NCBI GenBank assembly: GCA_000934665.2
Contig: KZ538848.1
Span: 1-46,435 of the forward strand
Origin: Catajapyx aquilonaris
Lineage: Eukaryota
Reading direction: 5' to 3'
DNA: 46,435 bases
The position numbers and the translations under genes are program-made. The notes under the pieces were generated by a model. The model had not been told where the DNA came from and did no database searches. It saw only the letters and a list, made by a program, of their open reading frames with translations. Shown in pieces: positions 1 to 11,700 of this stretch; within the stretch, counting starts at the first letter, position 1; each line of letters opens with the position of its first letter.

Positions 1-2211
1 GTCAACAATGCCTCACTTGAATCATGGATTCCCGTGAATATTGAGGTTGACTCACATTATACCGCAATGCGGACCCTGCGTTGACTCTCCCGCTAGTAAA
101 AGTCCAACATGGAACGAAGGGATGCCAAACGCTCCGGGGGGTCAACAATATGTAAAATTAAGAATGATTCACATACCCAACCCGGGCTCTCTGATTTATG
201 CATTCGGCGGGTATTGTTCCACCCTTCCGGAAAGTCAACGGAGGCCATAAATTGGCGTTGCCACCTCCACCAATAATTCTATTAGGCGGGCGAAAATTTG
301 GTAGTACAAGTGCATTTACACTTAATAGTTTCTGAGGGAAGATCCCCGCCTAGCTTTCTCACTTTGGGTATGTGGCCCCGCGTGATGGTGACGCAAATCG
401 TGATGAATTGCCTCCGGGACGATAAATTAAAAGGATTACGCAGAGGAGGAACCTCTCGTAAATCCTAGCCTGGGTTTTCGGTGTAAAACTTACTCCGGAG
501 TAAAGTCTGCTGCTGCGGGGGTGGAAAAAGGGGGATTCCCCGGGGGTCTCACACTTTTTTTTTTCTTGTTGTTACCAGTTGGGGTAAGCTAACTTTATGA
601 CTTGTGGCTTGTTTGACATGTCTGACCAAAATTTTTAGAGATGAATCTTTGCTGAGTAACATGTTTCTTTTTGGAGGGGGTGAAGCTCAACTAATGGATG
701 CAATTTGAGCCTGTTTGCTCGAACAATGTAGGGAGAAGTGTATAGTCAGGTGCTAACGGTAAACAAGTTGGCGCTAATTAGGAGTTAATAACGCTGGAGG
801 CGTTGGATTACAATTCGGGGTTCGATTCTCAATAAAGATATCCCAGGAAACATTTCGTGTAAGTTTGTGTGGTCCATTTAGGAAAAACTTTGAGGGACTG
901 CTGTATCAGCTCAAATTAACGAGAAAATCTCCGATTGTGGATAATTGGTGTTTTCCTGAATTCTCGTCATGAGAGAAAGGGATATAAGAAAAAGAAAGCT
1001 TCATGCATGACCCATGAGATGAAAAGTTGTAATGAATATGGTTCATGACGTGAACTGCTGAGTGACAACTGGGTGAAATTTTTTTGTGACATATTGTACA
1101 TTACCATCTTGTCAAACTTGTTTATGTGCCGTTTCAGCACTAGTTTTACGAGCGATTTCACTGAGTTAGTAATGCGAGGATCATTTTTCTGAAAGTAACT
1201 ACTAAACCACCCTGCATGTAGTTTGCCTACACATATTCCCGTATAACTTTATGCTGGGACTCGCTGTTAACTGCAAAGCATGCTGCAAATGTTAATTTTT
1301 TATGGCGGCCAAAAGTTTTTATAGGCGATATTTTTCACACCGCGGTATATACTGTACTTTCATGTCACATCATTAGAGAGCGTTTCTCTAGAGTGAGTCG
1401 AGGCATTTAGTATGTCAGTTAAGACAATTAGTTGAGTCATCAATTCTGGAATTTAATAATGAGTGTGAAATGATCTGGTACGTCCATGATGACTGTATAG
1501 GAGCCATGGAAAATATAAAATGTGACAATTTCTATTCAAATGACTGTATAATCCAATATTTTTGGTCCTGTAATCCCATTAGAGAGTGAGATGCACAGCT
1601 TCGACTACGCCTTACTTAAACAGTCATATGGCTGACTGGCCAGAAAGTCAAATAATGAACCTTCCATCATTTGGCCCGCCTGCCTTTTCGCTTTAGAAGG
1701 CAAGCAAGCCGGAATAAGCACCACCCACTCCAACATTTGATGTCATGAAAGCATTTCAGGCGACATTCACGTGCGAGCATGTTCTAGGTTCTCCTTCGTG
1801 AATAGAATCATTTTCTGAGACGATTATGTGGAGCCCCTTGCACAAAGGAGGCAGGCACGTAATCGGGAGAGGGTGAAAGAAAGGTCCTTTGGTCACCAGT
1901 GGGTAAAGGTGGCAGCAACGGCAAAGACTCAGCCGCTGTTTGTAAAGTAATGGGGCTGGATCAAAATTAATTCCGGGAAGTGCGAAAGCAGCGGCAGAGT
2001 ACAGTCTGTCGGTGGCAATCAAGGAAAAGGCAGTGGAAGGCAGCTAATAAGGCTCCTAATTAGGCCCAGTCGCCACCTCAAAGCTTCAAAAGGAGCGGGC
2101 CTGCCAGGGGTGTAGTAAGCGTCATGCCGTGGTGCTTGCATAGCCTATACGACCATCCCTTTTTCTCCCTTAGAAAAGCTGGAGTTAAACTTGATACAAC
2201 TATAGCATATA

Positions 2212-2436
2212 CAGGGTGTTTCTTACTAGTAGGTTCAAAGGCATGGTTTTCTTAGTCCAAAACAAGTCGATAATGTAGGGGGTAGTAATGATTATCCCGT
2301 TCATATCCTGCTCCCTAGGCAACCACTGTAAGCACGCGGTTCCACCTTTCAGGGTAGCCTACAAAGAGGTGTGATTACTCCCCCCTTACATTCTCGACTT
2401 GTTTTGGACCAAGAAATATGCTGAAGAAACACCTTG
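2212..2436. mobile_element. Tc1/mariner-type MITE
   Basis: Ends read TA|CAGGGTGTTTCTT...AAGAAACACCTTG|TA. There is also an internal ~40-bp inverted repeat (ttcttagtccaaaacaagtcgataatgtaggggg / cccccttacattctcgacttgttttggaccaagaa). CAGGGTG termini with a TA TSD are typical of Tc1/mariner MITEs. Confidence 0.85.
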
Positions 2437-3578
2437 TAGATTGAAGAGAGTCTTACTCCACAGCTCTTATTATTACAAAATTGCAAGACAATCTTGGGGG
2501 TCACAGGGTGGTTGGATCGTGTATACTGAATGTAGTGCTGAAACTATTGAAAATGTTTAGTGGGACTCATCGCCCACTGGATATCTCCAGGGATGGAGAG
2601 AGGGAGTTGTATAATGGTGGCATGACGTATGTTCCCATTACGCAAATTTTACCCTAAAGTGGAGCGTACGGAATTAAAACTATCTGCTTAGGGCGCTTCA
2701 TATGTAAAGAGTATCCAATATACACAAAATAATGATGTATAAAGGGGCTGTACAATTATTCTCATTTTAAGGGTTTTCGCATTGTGTAATGTATTTTACA
2801 TAAAATTATTCTTCGTGAAAATAAATTGAGCATTTTGTAACATTTATAGAAAAATTGAGATAAAATCTCCAAATGCTTCGAACCCTTTCTGTGGCCATAT
2901 AAAATTGTAAAATCCGGATTTTCAAATCCAAATTAGTCAAAAAAAACGAGTTTCACTCTTTCATCTAATATTATTAGGAACAACCTCACTAAACATTATC
3001 GCGATTGGAACCGACAACGATCCTGGAAGGGATCCTTTTGCCCGTTGGCAAAAGTTGCTGACATTTATAAGTTACGGCATGGGCGTGAGGTGAGTAAATT
3101 CCCCATGTTAAAAGGATAGGCTCGATGCATGCAACCTCATTTGACTCAATGCTTTTAGATAGGATTGCATGTCTATATCACCGCATGCTCCTGAGTTACG
3201 GCATTTTTAAAACACCGAACTCTTTTGCCAGTCAAAACGCTACTTTTTCTCCACAATGATATGTGAGTGCTCCACGGTAATAAGTCAAACACCTGCAGGG
3301 TTTTTGTGCAGGTGAGAAGCGTGCCAGCGTTTTAACCCCCTCCTTTTCCCCAGCTCTACTCTTTAAAAATTTAAGCGCTTATGGCTAGTTTCCCCAAGCA
3401 CAATTTTTGCTCCACAAAAAATGCAGTTTCAACTGAGCAATATTTACCAAATGCCCTTTTTTGTGAATATATCTAGCTTTTTGCTCTACATGTTTTGTAA
3501 CAATTATTTTTCACATTCAATTTGATTTATGTATCCGTTTTAGCAATCGTTTTTAGCGAATAAAATTTTCATACACTA

Positions 3579-3972
3579 GGGGTGGATTCATCAAAATAAT
3601 GTCGTAAGTCAAATTTTCGTCGTAACTGGTAGTTACTAATAATTTTATTTATTTATTTATTTATTCCCCATTGGGAGAATCGGAGCTCCATTAGTGGGGT
3701 AGAGTACCACCATTGGATGGGGCCAAGGATAGGGAAGGAAGGAAGCGGCTGTGGCCTATTATACGGAAATGACCCCGGAATTATCCTGGAGGGGACCATG
3801 GAAAACCACAGAAAACCAGCTCCGGGATTCGAACCCAGGACCTCCCGATTAGCAGTCGGGCCCCTTAACTACCACACCAATCTGCTTCGGTCGTAGTTAC
3901 TAATAATAATTAACTCTGGTTACGACTGGTTACGACGAAAATTTGACTTACGACATTTGATGAATCCACCCC
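3579..3972. mobile_element. PIF/Harbinger-like MITE containing a SINE insertion
   Basis: ~45-bp TIRs: GGGGTGGATTCATCAAA(ata)ATGTCGTAAGTCAAATTTTCGTCGTAAC ... GTTACGACGAAAATTTGACTTACGACATTTGATGAATCCACCCC. The probable 3-bp TSD is TAG/CAG. The superfamily is inferred from the G-rich terminus and 3-bp TSD. Confidence 0.8.
3644..3892 (-). mobile_element. tRNA-derived SINE, family A copy 1
   Basis: Perfect 15-bp TSD GTAGTTACTAATAAT (3629-3643, 3893-3907). The minus strand has a B box GGTTCGAATCC, an anticodon-like arm ccgaCTGCTAAtcgg (tRNA-Ser(GCT)-like) and an (AAAT)n 3' tail. A second copy lies at 41900-42119. Confidence 0.92.
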
Positions 3973-5687
3973 CAGGTGATCAAAAAGTGTGCACCTTAAC
4001 TAGATTATTTTTGCATGTTTTCTGTACTGTAGCTCATAGACTTTTTGATCACCCCTGTACATTATACTATAGTCACAAAGAGTCCAGCAAGAAAGTTGTC
4101 AACCGGAAAGCTGTCTTACCATTTTCCCCTTTTTGAGATTGGCCTTTCCAGATTGACTGCACCACAACACATTGTCATGCATTGCATCATGGTATGGCGC
4201 TGCGTCTAGGGGATAACTAACGTTGTTTATGCATGCCAAGTGGTTGCAAAATAATCGTGGACCCATGATACACTTAATGTGAAGAACTGATACAGTTGTT
4301 CACTCTTGGCTTCTAGGCAGACTTTGAATTCATGCCAAAGGTAAGGAAAAGCAAACTCGAACCCATCTTATTACTCAAGAGGAAGGAGAAAAAAAAAAAC
4401 TTAACTGACATTGACTGGTAGAGGAGAGCAAACAGGGCTTTATTTCTCCCATCTAAGCAAGTTAGATGGCAACCTTCGTTTTCTTAGAAGCTGCAGGAAT
4501 GAGTGTTTACCCACCTGGATCACTTCCAGGGAGGGAAAAAAGAGAGGAAACAACACAAGAAGTCTGGCCAAGTTCAACTTTCAGTGATGCACTAGATTCT
4601 CATTTGAAACTTTGAGTCCTACTTTTGAAGCATACCTTTTTTTTGAAAGAAAAAAAAAAGTCCGTAGCAGAGTTACGTTGCTATATAGGTATAAACCTAC
4701 ACATCAAAAAAAAAGGTTCTAATAGGAATAACTTTTGGAGGCATAACAAAAAGTAGCAAAGCATTTGAAGCAACTTTAGTTTCAAAGTATTACTGTATGT
4801 CAAAGCCGCATGTTGCTACAAGTACAAATTGAGTTATCAACACCAAAGGCCTTGTTTCTTTTGATTGTTACAATAGTTCAAATAAGCCTATTCAGTTAAC
4901 CTTTCCCCCTTTTATTTCAAATACAATTTAACTCCCCCCTTTTGACTTACTCTATTGATCAACAACCAGCCTTTTGACATTTTGAAGCGTTAGTGTAAAG
5001 CTGTCCGAAATAATATTCTGGTTTAGAGTTACGCCATTTTTGGTCCAGTTTGTATCCCGAATGAGAAGTAGAAGTGGAAAAGGGAGTCTTGAGAGAGTGC
5101 AGCTAGGAATTTTGGGGGTGTGGATGGGTGCTGCTGGTGCTGAGGGGAAGGGGGAGGAGGGAGGGGAACGGGGATTGTTCGCGGTTCCCAAAGTTGGCCG
5201 ACTTGAGTTATTGCCTGCAGTTTGGAGCCGTGAACGTCTACAATTCCAAAATAATCGATTTAATGCGCTCGGCGGCACTTTGCAACATTAGGGGACGGTT
5301 GGGGGAAAGGAAAGAAGTATTGGACAGGAAAAAAAGAGCAGAGGAAGTAGAAGTGCCCCCATCTATTTCCAAGTGTACAGGATGCGAAACTTGGTGTATA
5401 ACGACTCCGGCGGCCCATACATCTGCCAATAGAGATGGTTTCTGTTGGCTGCAAGAAGACTCGCAGCCAGCGTTACAAGCTTCCTTTTTTCAGGCCTTCT
5501 CTCTTACTTTTCTCTCTTGACGTTCCTTTACAACTTCCGCCTCCTCTCGCCTTTTGTTCACGGGTGGGAAAAGGAACTTTCTGTTTGCCGTTGGCTTTTG
5601 CCTAAAGAAGTTTGTCGCATCAAATCACTTTGGATGACTTCAACCACTCTCAACTGTCAACGCCTGTGGGGGCTTCTCCTACAGATA

Positions 5688-5691
<4 letters not shown>

Positions 5692-5723
<32 letters not shown>
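5692..5723. repeat. (TA)n microsatellite
   Basis: Pure TA dinucleotide run. Confidence 0.95.
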
Positions 5724-5729
<6 letters not shown>

Positions 5730-8700
5730 AAGAAAACCCGACAAAGATATTCTCCTGCAGCTGCATACTTTCACACAACCTGCCATACAATCAATTCCTA
5801 CATTACCTCTACCCTTAAACGTACCCAATCTTTATGTGCGCAAACACTGCTAAGTCATCTCTCCCCTCCAAGTCAGCCCCAGTCTCGTTCAATAATATAT
5901 TCATTCAGGAAAAGGTTACCTTGTCCAGGCGGAAATGCAAGTACAATCAATTCCGGAGGATGATTGACCTCTGGAGTGAACATCATGAAGTTTCCGGCAC
6001 GGGAGGAAGCATATCATTATGTCCCCTGAGCGTTCGTTATCGCAGGATTTAACAGGATTTATGCCCTCGGTAGAGGGGGCTACCAACTGGCTGGCACTAA
6101 TATTTATCACATGTTATTTGGTTCTTGTTCCTGCAGGATTTCCGGAGCAGTTCAGAAATTATTGCAAGGTAGACACGACTATTGTTGGACAAGCAGGAAA
6201 ACAACAGCAGGAAAAGTTTAGACAACCAGCTTTAAGATCTGGTATTTCAGTCGAGTTCAACGCTCTGGTTGTATCTACGTGGGCGGGTGAAACACGGTGT
6301 AGTGTGACTATCCTGAAGGATAAAGTGGCTGGAGGCAACCACGTAGTCATGCTGCAAGTGAGGAAAAGTCGCCTCTAAAACAAGGCTACAAGAGGCGAGC
6401 TCTGGTTTTCTGGGAACTAGCAAGAAACGAGCCTCGGGTGATGAATACATCTCTAGGGGTTGCAAATATCCCGAGAATTTGGTACCAACACTACTCACTA
6501 TACCGACTTCTTGTAGGGTCCACCTCATGAAAAGGAGAACCCTCTGTGGCTTCCAGAGTGCAGGCGGACAGCAGATAGATATAGAGGGGAAAAAAAGTAT
6601 TATCTCGTGTTTACCATCTGGAGCTGCCCCTGGGAGCTCGTTACGTGGGCCGGATTTCAGATGGTTAGATGGTGCCCCAGGATAATTACTCTCAGCACCC
6701 TACGCCTTGCCCATTAGTCCCAACCCTGCCTGTGTACTGAGTCTCAGCGGCCTCTGGCTGTATCATCTGCGGATTTTCTATATATCCTAAATTGCGTCAA
6801 AACACCGTTGTCACGCCAGACTTCCCACGAGTCACTCCTAACTGCCCAATTATTGCCTGAGTGCAGGAAGTAATCAGTGGCTGTGGCTCTGCTGGTCGCC
6901 AGTAGTGGTCTTCAATGACCGGCTTCATTACGGTCTCCTGTAACCATTAAAAGATGGAGTCACCCCCGGCGCGTTAAACGTAGCCTCCAGTAGCTTTTAT
7001 ACAAATACATGTTACACATTACATGTAAACAAGGTTAGAAAACATGACCTTCTCAACCTATTGAGAAAATGAGACACTTGAGATTGACACTGACATGATT
7101 CTATATCTGGATGCAACGTGACTCTAATCTGAACTTCCAGAAATACCTGTGGCGCTAAGTGAGTCTATCATTATCCTGTTTCCATGTTTTGGACGATCAA
7201 TATGACTGATGCGTCCTTGTGAATACCGAACACTATTCTCATCTTGTAACTGCCAGGGGCGATACAAACTTTCAAACTATTCGTAATATGATCGACACTA
7301 TTGAGAGAAATATTTAATTTGTGACGTTCCTCACTAGATGGCAGTAGGTCTGGGGCCACTTTGAGTGGGGTACCTGGGTGTAGTCAGTCGTGTTGGAGTC
7401 TGATTGCAGGTTAGTCTAATTCGTGGTCTTAGAATACTAAGGTCAGGACACTCCCACTTATCGCCTGCATGAGACCTTTAACGGGAGCTGAACTTTATAG
7501 GTACAAAAGGGAAGTGCTACATGCGGGCCCAACATGGCCGCCTATAGGGGTAGTGTCCGGGGGCTGGTCTAATTACTCTAATAAACGGTTGATCCGTAGA
7601 TGTTGTATTATTGGACTACGATCACGACCCTGAGTGACCTTGCGGGGTCAGAGGAATGACCTGAGGAGATCAACTGTCACACGCACGGACACTGAATAAT
7701 CCGTATGTTCCATTCACTACATAATTCAGTTTTGTAATGTCTGCAAGGACTGACGTATGAACGAAATTTAAAGGGGAAATCTTCAATTATATTGGACATA
7801 TTGTGAATAATTTGAGTTCATACAACCGACTATAAATTGAACCGGAGCATTGACCTAACTTACCCCATTCATAGTAAGCTATAATCAGGCGTGTATATGT
7901 GGAAGGTAGGGTCGATGGGTAAGTTGCGTATCGAAATGTGGGCTTAATTTGAGTCTGAAGTGATCCCCTGCAGGGTATCCAGCTGAGCGGAGAAAACACC
8001 AAATGAAATGTAAGGGCCAAATGAAAAGACCTGTTAGTTGAGCTTGCCGGTTGGACGGAACTTGGCTGCTGAAGTGATTAGTTCTGTTTGAAGCACACAA
8101 GGCAGAAACAGAATTACTTGTCTTTTTCATGGTGTTGCTGCTTGCTACGGAAGAGAGAGAAAAAAAAGAGAGAACTGGGAGGCTCCTGCCTCTCCACAAT
8201 TCCTGGGCAAATGATGAGCTTCCTCGTCCTCTCAACAGGGGGCCCGCTGCTTCTCACAAGTAGTCGGCCATCATTGAATCCATTTCACGTCATCAAGCAC
8301 AGCCAAATGCAAGTGTCCCAACCAAAGGAACCGTCACTCCGTCCCAGCTTCCGCCAGCACAACTCCCTTTGTCCTTACTTCCCACAGCAGGCTGCTGTAT
8401 ACACACAGCCTCTCATCTACCAATCAACAAAATTACTTCGGCCTTGCAATTTACCTCCTAACGGAGTCTTAATCTACCCAAGCTATGTGCCCGAGAAAGC
8501 GTGTCAAGGAATCCCTAATAGGAAACAGTGGCGCGAGCAATATTTTCCGCTGCAGGTAAATAAACTCCGCTCGTTATTACAGGAGTCGTCATTTTATTTC
8601 CAGTTCTGCTGGTGCTTTTAAGTACGCTTCTGCTATGGCAAAAATCCGGCACGTTGATACCTAACAAGTGTAAAATTGAGTTAGTACAGTGGCAAATGGG

Positions 8701-11700
8701 TTTATACCGCACTTGCAAAATTACCGCATGATTTCTAGCGGTAGGCCAGAGGAGCTTATTCATCTCCACTGTAGCATTTTAATTACGTAGGCATGTAATC
8801 TTCTGCAGGCATTCTACTAACAAATATTTTCACAGGCCCATGCCGTTACCTCAGCACCTGCGTCAAGTTTGCATAATTACGCGGAAGTACCACACAGTTA
8901 TAATTTAAAATGAAGCTGGTCCATTTGTGGCTCTCAAATTTTTTGTACAACAGTAATGTAATATTACATGTGATAGGAATGGATTTTTTTTTTTTTTGAG
9001 CTTATCAAGAATGAGCATACAGGTTACAAATGGTTCAAAGTCTGAGATGGAAGTCACCCTCTCCAACACCTCCTTCTCCTGCCACCCTCGAAAAAAAACC
9101 CCCGGTTTCGCCTTGGCAACAGCTTAGCCTTCACCTTTCAGGCCAAATTGGATCGGAAAAGCGGAAAACCCAGCGAAAAAAGCGCCACATTAAAAATCCA
9201 CAAAGGGAATAATTTTATGTGAGCTGCGTGGATGGGACTCTTTTTCCTCCATTCTCTCTCTTTTCTATTTCGGTTTGGGGTGGGGGAAAGTAGAAGGAGA
9301 GGTGGCGGGGAATTTCCAAGCAACCACTCGGCGTGTCATTTGTCATTCTTCACACATGGCTGCTGGGAAGAGAAAAGGCCCCCGAGTTCCAGATCTGATA
9401 AATGCCTCGGGTAATTACAAAGCCGTCCTCGCTACTCACGCCATCTCTTTTTCTCTCACGTACGCAACCTTTCAAAAATGCATGCGTCCCACCCACTTAA
9501 TCTCCGCCATTCTTTTTTTTTTCGTCGTCTTTCGCATTTATTCTGTCGTTCGATAAAGGTTACCATGTAAAATGGATGAAGGTGAGAGAAGAGTGGGGGG
9601 ACTAGCTCATAGAGTACGTATGAGCGCAATATTATGCCGGACAACGTTCTTCGTTTATGTGAACATCCCAGACATACAGTAGCGATATAATTATGTTCAA
9701 AACAAATTATTTACAAAATGAAACTTACATTAATCTTAAGCAGAATTTCCTGAATATTCAACTACTGGTTAGCCTTCCGCTACAGGAGCTATTCGGCGCG
9801 AAACCTTAATCTGCGTGTGCTTTTAGGGTGTTATTAAGAGTGCTGCTGAAACTTTGTGTAACTACCTTCTTGATATCAGAATTACCTGGTTGTAACTACC
9901 AATTACAGTGGTTGGCAAGCACCTACGACGAGTCGTTTTTGGTCACATGGACCAGCAGGCCATATTGTTCCAGATATGACTTCATATTACAGTGAAGGTT
10001 TTCTCCGGTTAAGAGATAACGAAATGGCTCTTCCTGTCGCATAATTTCCGTCCATTGTGCGTCACTTCTCACTATCGGACCATTTACTTATTACACCCTA
10101 ATTGCAAGGGCGCATTTGGATGATATCTCATTTTGTTGAGTGTGTTCTATATATTATTGTTCCCCGCGATATTCATAGAACGTGGCCTGTGTAGTTTATA
10201 GGAAACGTAAAGGGAGAGTCATCCTGTGTACTGAAAAACTTTCCGATACTTAATGCCCTGAGATAAGAAACCATCCCATCAAAGTGGAAGGCAACTAGTG
10301 TAGTAGCCACGTCCGCAATCTACTACCCCTCACTCCACCCCATCCTCCTCTTTCCCCCCTCCTCTCTCTTCCTTTTTTATGGCCAGCGCTCTTTCCTGAA
10401 GAGGCCATGTTTTGATAAAGACTTCATTTCGCGTCCCGGTATTATATTGCCTTTCCTCTCGACTCCTAACCGCGCTTTTCTTTCATCACCGCCCGAAAAT
10501 AATGGCACCTTCATCTTCACCCATCCAGGGGGAACACTCCACATATATAGTATTTCCCTCTTTATTTCGATAACCGCTCTCAACTGCCAACGGAAATGCC
10601 GTCATGATGAATATCGTGTCATCCAGAATATATTGGCGGCTGCGGCCAGTGATAACAGCACTAGCGCCATCACCCTTTTCCATCACCGAACATGGCTGAC
10701 CGCTCCTTCTGAGGTTGCCATCACAACTGAACATTGCTCATATTGAGCCATATTGAGGAGAGGGTTTGAAAGGGTGCAGTGGATCGTAAGAGTTGGAAGG
10801 GGTAATCGGCTATTCAAAACCACGGCCATGATCCTTATACTGTATTCACATATGGCATTCAAATGGTCATCGGTTCATTTCTTCTTCCAGGACGATGCCT
10901 GACCAAATTACGTAACGATCCACATTACTTTAAATATTTAATATTCGCTCGCCTTTTTCACACTGGCTCGTATAAAATTGCGCACTAAAAAACTGCTGAC
11001 GCAATACACACTCCCCATTTCTTCTCCACTTTCCTCTTACACTCCACTTTACTGCATTGCACACCCGAACCCCCAATGCTGAAAACCGAGGGGGGGGGGG
11101 GAGGTACTTCACCTCGTTTAAAAATGACCCCGCCACATAGCCCTCTTAGTAAAGAGAGCCAGTTCTTTTAAAGATATAATAAAATTCCCATGTTTAATCC
11201 GAGCTGAGTGAAAGGCAATGATGTAAGCCTATAAGCCTGCAAAAGTTGCTTGGAACTGGGTTTGTCCCTGAACAATGGCGGGCGTGAGAGGTGGAGAGGA
11301 GGGAAGAGGGGAGGACGAAAGAGGAAGTAGAGGGAGGAGGGAGAGAGAGAGAAAGACGCCTGATGCCGCCTTCATTTCCTTGGGGAGGCAGCCTAAGAGC
11401 CGAGTGGGGAAGAGTAATCCCACGTTAAGTTTCCATGACAGTCCTTCTGCAGTGGAGAGTGACTCCGACAGCTGAAGGGACAATCAGCTCGCAGCCGAGA
11501 GAAGAGACTCCTCCGCAGCACAAGAGCCCCGCTTGAAATGAAGACGGAATTCATTCTTATCGCCGTCGGAATACAAAGTTGCCACTCGGAATCACAGCCT
11601 CGACTTGGTGCGCCACACAAAATGGCTTCCCCCTCCACGCCACCTCGACCACCACCACTACCACCCATCCTCCTCCCCCCCCCCCCCCNCCCCCCCCCTC

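Larger units (their letters stand above)
3574..4057. mobile_element. Small Tc1/mariner-type MITE whose left TIR is interrupted by a nested element
   Basis: The right end ACTTTTTGATCACCCCTG|TA (4040-4059) pairs with GGTGATCAAAAAGT at 3975-3988. The outermost left bases TA|CAC lie at 3572-3576, separated from the rest by the 3579-3972 insertion. Confidence 0.6.

Noticed and set aside
795..830. B-box-like GGTTCGATTCTC
   Set aside because: No A box, cloverleaf, tail or TSD.
2521..2541. GTATACTGAATGTAgtgCTGA, resembling miR-iab-4-5p (ACGTATACTGAATGTATCCTGA)
   Set aside because: Only a 14-nt core matches, the seed start differs, and there is no complementary 3p arm nearby.
4952..5963. Overlapping 100-170 aa ORFs
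   Set aside because: They are low-complexity translations of purine tracts and (TA)n with no recognisable domain.
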